In this document: one piece after another, positions 31,239 through 35,165 of the stretch | How positions within the stretch are numbered: the stretch's first letter is position 1 | Layout: the number at the start of each line of letters is the position of its first letter | Origin: Octopus bimaculoides | Taxonomy: Eukaryota | Assembly (NCBI RefSeq): GCF_001194135.2 | Contig: NC_069007.1 | Coordinates: 12,300,097-12,335,261 of the forward strand | Direction: 5' to 3' | DNA: 35,165 bases | Notes under the pieces: generated by a model | The model's input: only the letters and a program-made list of their open reading frames with translations | Told to the model about the DNA's origin: nothing | The model's database searches: none | Translations under genes and position numbers: made by a program

Positions 31239-31940
31239 TGTATAAAGGATCATGGGTATCTACACACACACACACATATATATTCTTTTACTTGTTTCAG
31301 TCATTTGACTGTGGCCATACTGGAGCACCGCCTTAATTTTTGTGGATTGTGTCGTTTGCAAGAAGTGACTCAATAGATTGCAGTGTAGTAGCTGCTCTAC
31401 TAAGTACATCACTCTGATCAGCAAGTTGAGTCATATATGCAAGTGATGTATATTTATATATTTATATATATNNNNNNNNNNNNNNNNNNNNNNNNNNNNN
31501 NNNNNNNNNNNNNNNNNNNNNNNNNNNNNNNNNNNNNNNNNNNNNNNNNNNNNNNNNNNNNNNNNNNNNNNNNNNNNNNNNNNNNNNNNNNNNNNNNNNN
31601 NNNNNNNNNNNNNNNNNNNNNNNNNNNNNNNNNNNNNNNNNNNNNNNNNNNNNNNNNNNNNNNNNNNNNNNNNNNNNNNNNNNNNNNNNNNNNNNNNNNN
31701 NNNNNNNNNNNNNNNNNNNNNNNNNNNNNNNNNNNNNNNNNNNNNNNNNNNNNNNNNNNNNNNNNNNNNNNNNNNNNNNNNNNNNNNNNNNNNNNNNNNN
31801 NNNNNNNNNNNNNNNNNNNNNNNNNNNNNNNNNNNNNNNNNNNNNNNNNNNNNNNNNNNNNNNNNNNNNNNNNNNNNNNNNNNNNNNNNNNNNNNNNNNN
31901 NNNNNNNNNNNNNNNNNNNNNNNNNNNNNNNNNNNNNNNN

Positions 31941-32011
<71 letters not shown>

Positions 32012-32599
32012 ATAATTGGAAAAAATGGAGATGTTGAGTTTGGAGAAATATTGGTTGACAGCCAGAATCAACATGACCAACACTTGCCAAAATCATAAGA
32101 GCAAAATCAGTTATACTTCTTTAATTCTCCGTCTTTTATTTACTTCATCCTCTTCCTTTTTATTTCCTTCTCCACCTCTTCCTTTCTTCTTGTGTCTCAC
32201 GTCTTTTGTTTGCTTTTCTCATCTTGTGTGTGTGTGCGTGTGCATGCACGTGTGTGTATCATATCTGATGGTTAGTGAGGATGTTAGCATCTAAAGAGGT
32301 ATGTTATTATCTGTAAGTCTTAGTTAGTGTGCGTGTGTGCATGCACTCACATGTGGGTGTGTATATGCACACATTGTGTGTGTGTGTGTGTGTGTGAGAA
32401 TGTGTTTTAGTGTGTTGTCTCTATATATGAAATCTGATCTCTGACACGACTGCATGGTTAAGTTCATGATACAACCATTCGTTCCCATGTCTAAACACAT
32501 TTCACTGTATCTTAGGCAAGTATCTTCTCCCACAGTCCAGGCTCAGCCAATAAATACCTTGCAAGTGTAACTCACATAGCTGCGATGACGCCAAGGAAG

Positions 32600-32990
32600 A
32601 AGTCATTTGAGTTGCTAGAAATAACAGCCTATTCTTCAAAGTACACCCTACCCCTTAAATGACAGAAGAGGATAAACTGGATAATGTGATGTCTGATATA
32701 CAAATGATGGTTTAGTCATGGTGGGAACCCATTTAATCAAGAGTCTGTTGCTTTAGAGCAAGCCTGTGTCTAAATAACTACATCATAACTGAAGAGAAAG
32801 CCTCAATATGGTCACTTGAGTTGCTAGAAATAGCAGTCAAACCTCCCTCAAATCACAAAGAAAGATAAATGGATACAAAGTAGGCAGAAACATGTTTGAT
32901 TGTTTCAATATGGCTGTGCTAATGACTGAATTTTAGTGTGGCTACTTGTCCAGCCAGCTAGAAATAATAACCTAATTCACCTTAACATTA
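32600..32990 (+). repeat. Family D degenerate units (also about 33715-33800 and 33995-34125)
   Basis: 'gagttgctagaaataacagcc', 'gagttgctagaaatagcagtcaaacctccctcaaatcac' and 'gctagaaataataacc' recur. Confidence 0.6.
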
Positions 32991-33069
32991 CTCACATCTA
33001 TGTATGAAGGTCTGCAAGGCCATAAGCTTCAGAACAATCCAATAAGAATGAAAAGCAACAGGAGGGGGG

Positions 33070-33302
33070 ACAGGTAAAAAAAACTGTTCTGATACTTGAA
33101 AAATGACGAAAAAATTATTTATGGGTGAAACAGCTGTCTGTTAATCTTAAAATACAGGTAAAACAGTTGTTAAAATTCTTCAAGGACAGGTGAAGGACAG
33201 GTAACACAGCTGTCAAGATTTTTGAAAACAGGGGAAACCAATGTTAAAATTCTTTAAGTGGGTGTGAAGAGCAGGTGAAGGAGCTATCATGGTTCTTGAA
33301 AT
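33070..33302. repeat. Degenerate ~31-bp minisatellite (ACAGGTAAAACAGCTGTTAAAATTCTTGAAA-like), about 6-7 units
   Basis: Units aligned by eye. Confidence 0.65.
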
Positions 33303-34194
33303 TGTATATCGGTCAAAGTCTGAGAAATGTAAGAAGGATACGGAGGATAAATGGTCTGACTTTGTCTCATTAGTGATAGGTATTAGTTGAAGAATTCCAA
33401 ACCAAAAGATTACTTTACGTCATCAAGAATTTAGTTGTTCCCTGGGGAAAGAGAATGGTATTGGAATTGGTAACAACAACCAATCAATATTTGTGATAGA
33501 TTTTTCTACGATTTGAAGAACAATCAAATAAGAAGGTTTTGTTTTTGAATAAAAGTTGAAGACAATAATAGTTATGCCATGTGTAAGATAGAATTTCATT
33601 GGAATATAACAGGAAAGAAACAAAGTAAAAAAGAACACAGAAAAAGACCCATGATGTCTTGAGGAGAAAAAAAAGGAGGTAGTAGATAATAAAATTGTGA
33701 AGAAATTGTCTGAAAATAAGATAGGATGACCAACTTTGGAAGTGCCTTTAATTATAGATCTATTTGATCAGAGCTGACTGGGGGCTAAGCATCAACAACA
33801 ATTTCATGGTTGGAAGGAGATTTATTCAGCTGTAAAAGACAAACATTGGTTCCAATAAATAAATCAGGGAAACCAACTATAAAAATAAACAGTTTTAAAA
33901 TTAATCAATTAATTATTTAATTAATTCTGCTCCAGATAGTCTCTTTTATTACCTCCTCTCACTTGCAGGGTCTTCCCAAGGCAGGATCTATGATCTTTCA
34001 GAAACTGCAGTCAAATTTCCCTGAAGTCTTGTTCTAAGTTCATTAAATCCAGAGATATGTGTTCCTGAAATACAAAAAAAGATAGGGTGGTCGTGGCTGG
34101 AGCAACTTTGATCACACGTGTTCCCATGCCTGATCCTTTTACCCCCTATGGAGTGGTAGGATCTTAGTTATGATCTTCTATTCACCAGCCTAGT

Positions 34195-34470
34195 CCCTCT
34201 GTGAAATAGATTTGGTAGACGGAAGCTGAAAGATGCCCATCGTGTGTGTGTGTGTGTTTGTGTCTCCCCACCACCACCACCACTGCTTGACGACCAGTGT
34301 TGGTGTGTTTAAGTCCCAGTAACTTAGCAGTCTGGCAAATAGAGATCAATAGAATAATAACCAGGCTTAGAAAAAAGGGAAAAAAATAAATACTGGGATC
34401 AATTCATTCAATAAAATTCCTCAAGGTAGTGCCCCAGCATGGCCGTAGTCTAAGGACTGAAACATATAAA
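34195..34470 (+). mobile_element. Family C SINE, 5'-truncated
   Basis: 'gatttggtagacggaagctgaaaga...gccccagcatggccgtagtc..actgaaaca'. Confidence 0.8.
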
Positions 34471-34989
34471 AAACAGAAGATAACAGATAATAAAATGGTT
34501 CACCAATACTTGACCGATTCTACCAGTTCCGTCATCCTTCTAAATTATGATTGGTTAACAAAACGAATTCTTTGTATTTCTTCATTTCTTTTCTTTTGTT
34601 TTATTTGTGTATTTACTTCTTTATAAATAATAATTTTATTCTAAAAGACATTGTTTTATTGCCATTAATTCTTGTTCTATCGTTAGAAGCAATTAGTTAT
34701 TTATTCGTTTAATATAAATTGACTTCTTAGACTTTTACCATAAGATTTATTCCATTTTTTTTCTTTGCTCATCTCTTGTCTTTTTTTTTTTTTTCATATT
34801 TTTGGCATTTTAATTATTAATGTAGTTTTGTTAGTTTGTTTGTTTTTTACATTTTTTTCTTCTGTTATTGGTTAAAGTTAATAGCTTTTTAATTAGCTTG
34901 TTAACATGTCCTCTTAATTGTTCCAACCTTGGAGATAACAGTTGTTGTACTATTGGGAACAACAGTGTTGACATTTCTATGTAATACAT

Positions 34990-35165
34990 TTATGTATGTA
35001 TGTATGTATTATGTATGTATGTATGTATATATGTATGCTTGCATGTATGTAAGTATGTGTGTGTATGTATGTATACATGCATTTATGTATGTATGAAATG
35101 GTTTGATGGAGGGATGTATGTATGTACATATAGATGTATATTGAAGTACAGCATATATATATATA
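34990..35165. repeat. (GTAT)n/(TA)n microsatellite
   Basis: Visible. Confidence 0.95.

Noticed and set aside
32786-32835. CTGAAGA...GAAA with a ctcaa/ttgag hairpin
   Set aside because: The GAAA belongs to the family D motif; there is no stem III or helix I.
33970-34040. Strong plus-strand splice acceptor (ctcctctcacttgcag|G)
   Set aside because: All frames stop within about 70 nt, there is no good donor, and the downstream sequence is a family D repeat.

Overview
AT-rich, repeat-saturated, gapped eukaryotic non-coding DNA with nine N-gaps and many microsatellite fields. The tRNA-derived SINE families look like those of coleoid cephalopods (Octopus-like); this is an inference, not a lookup. 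No protein-coding gene can be called with confidence. The long ORFs in the supplied track are N-gaps, microsatellites or repeat by-products. Supported content: several tRNA-derived SINE families (some with exact TSDs), many RTE-LINE 3' ends, an R4/Dong-like LINE end, Tc1 and mariner transposase relics, and hAT, piggyBac-like and pogo/Tc1-type MITEs with TIRs and TSDs. The most striking signal is a set of about nine type-I hammerhead-ribozyme-like motifs from several unrelated sequence families. Most lie at 24.5-29.7 kb, several form divergent fold-back pairs, one has an intact canonical core and one has a compensatory G3-C8 core. They most likely derive from Penelope-like element ends. All folds were done by eye.
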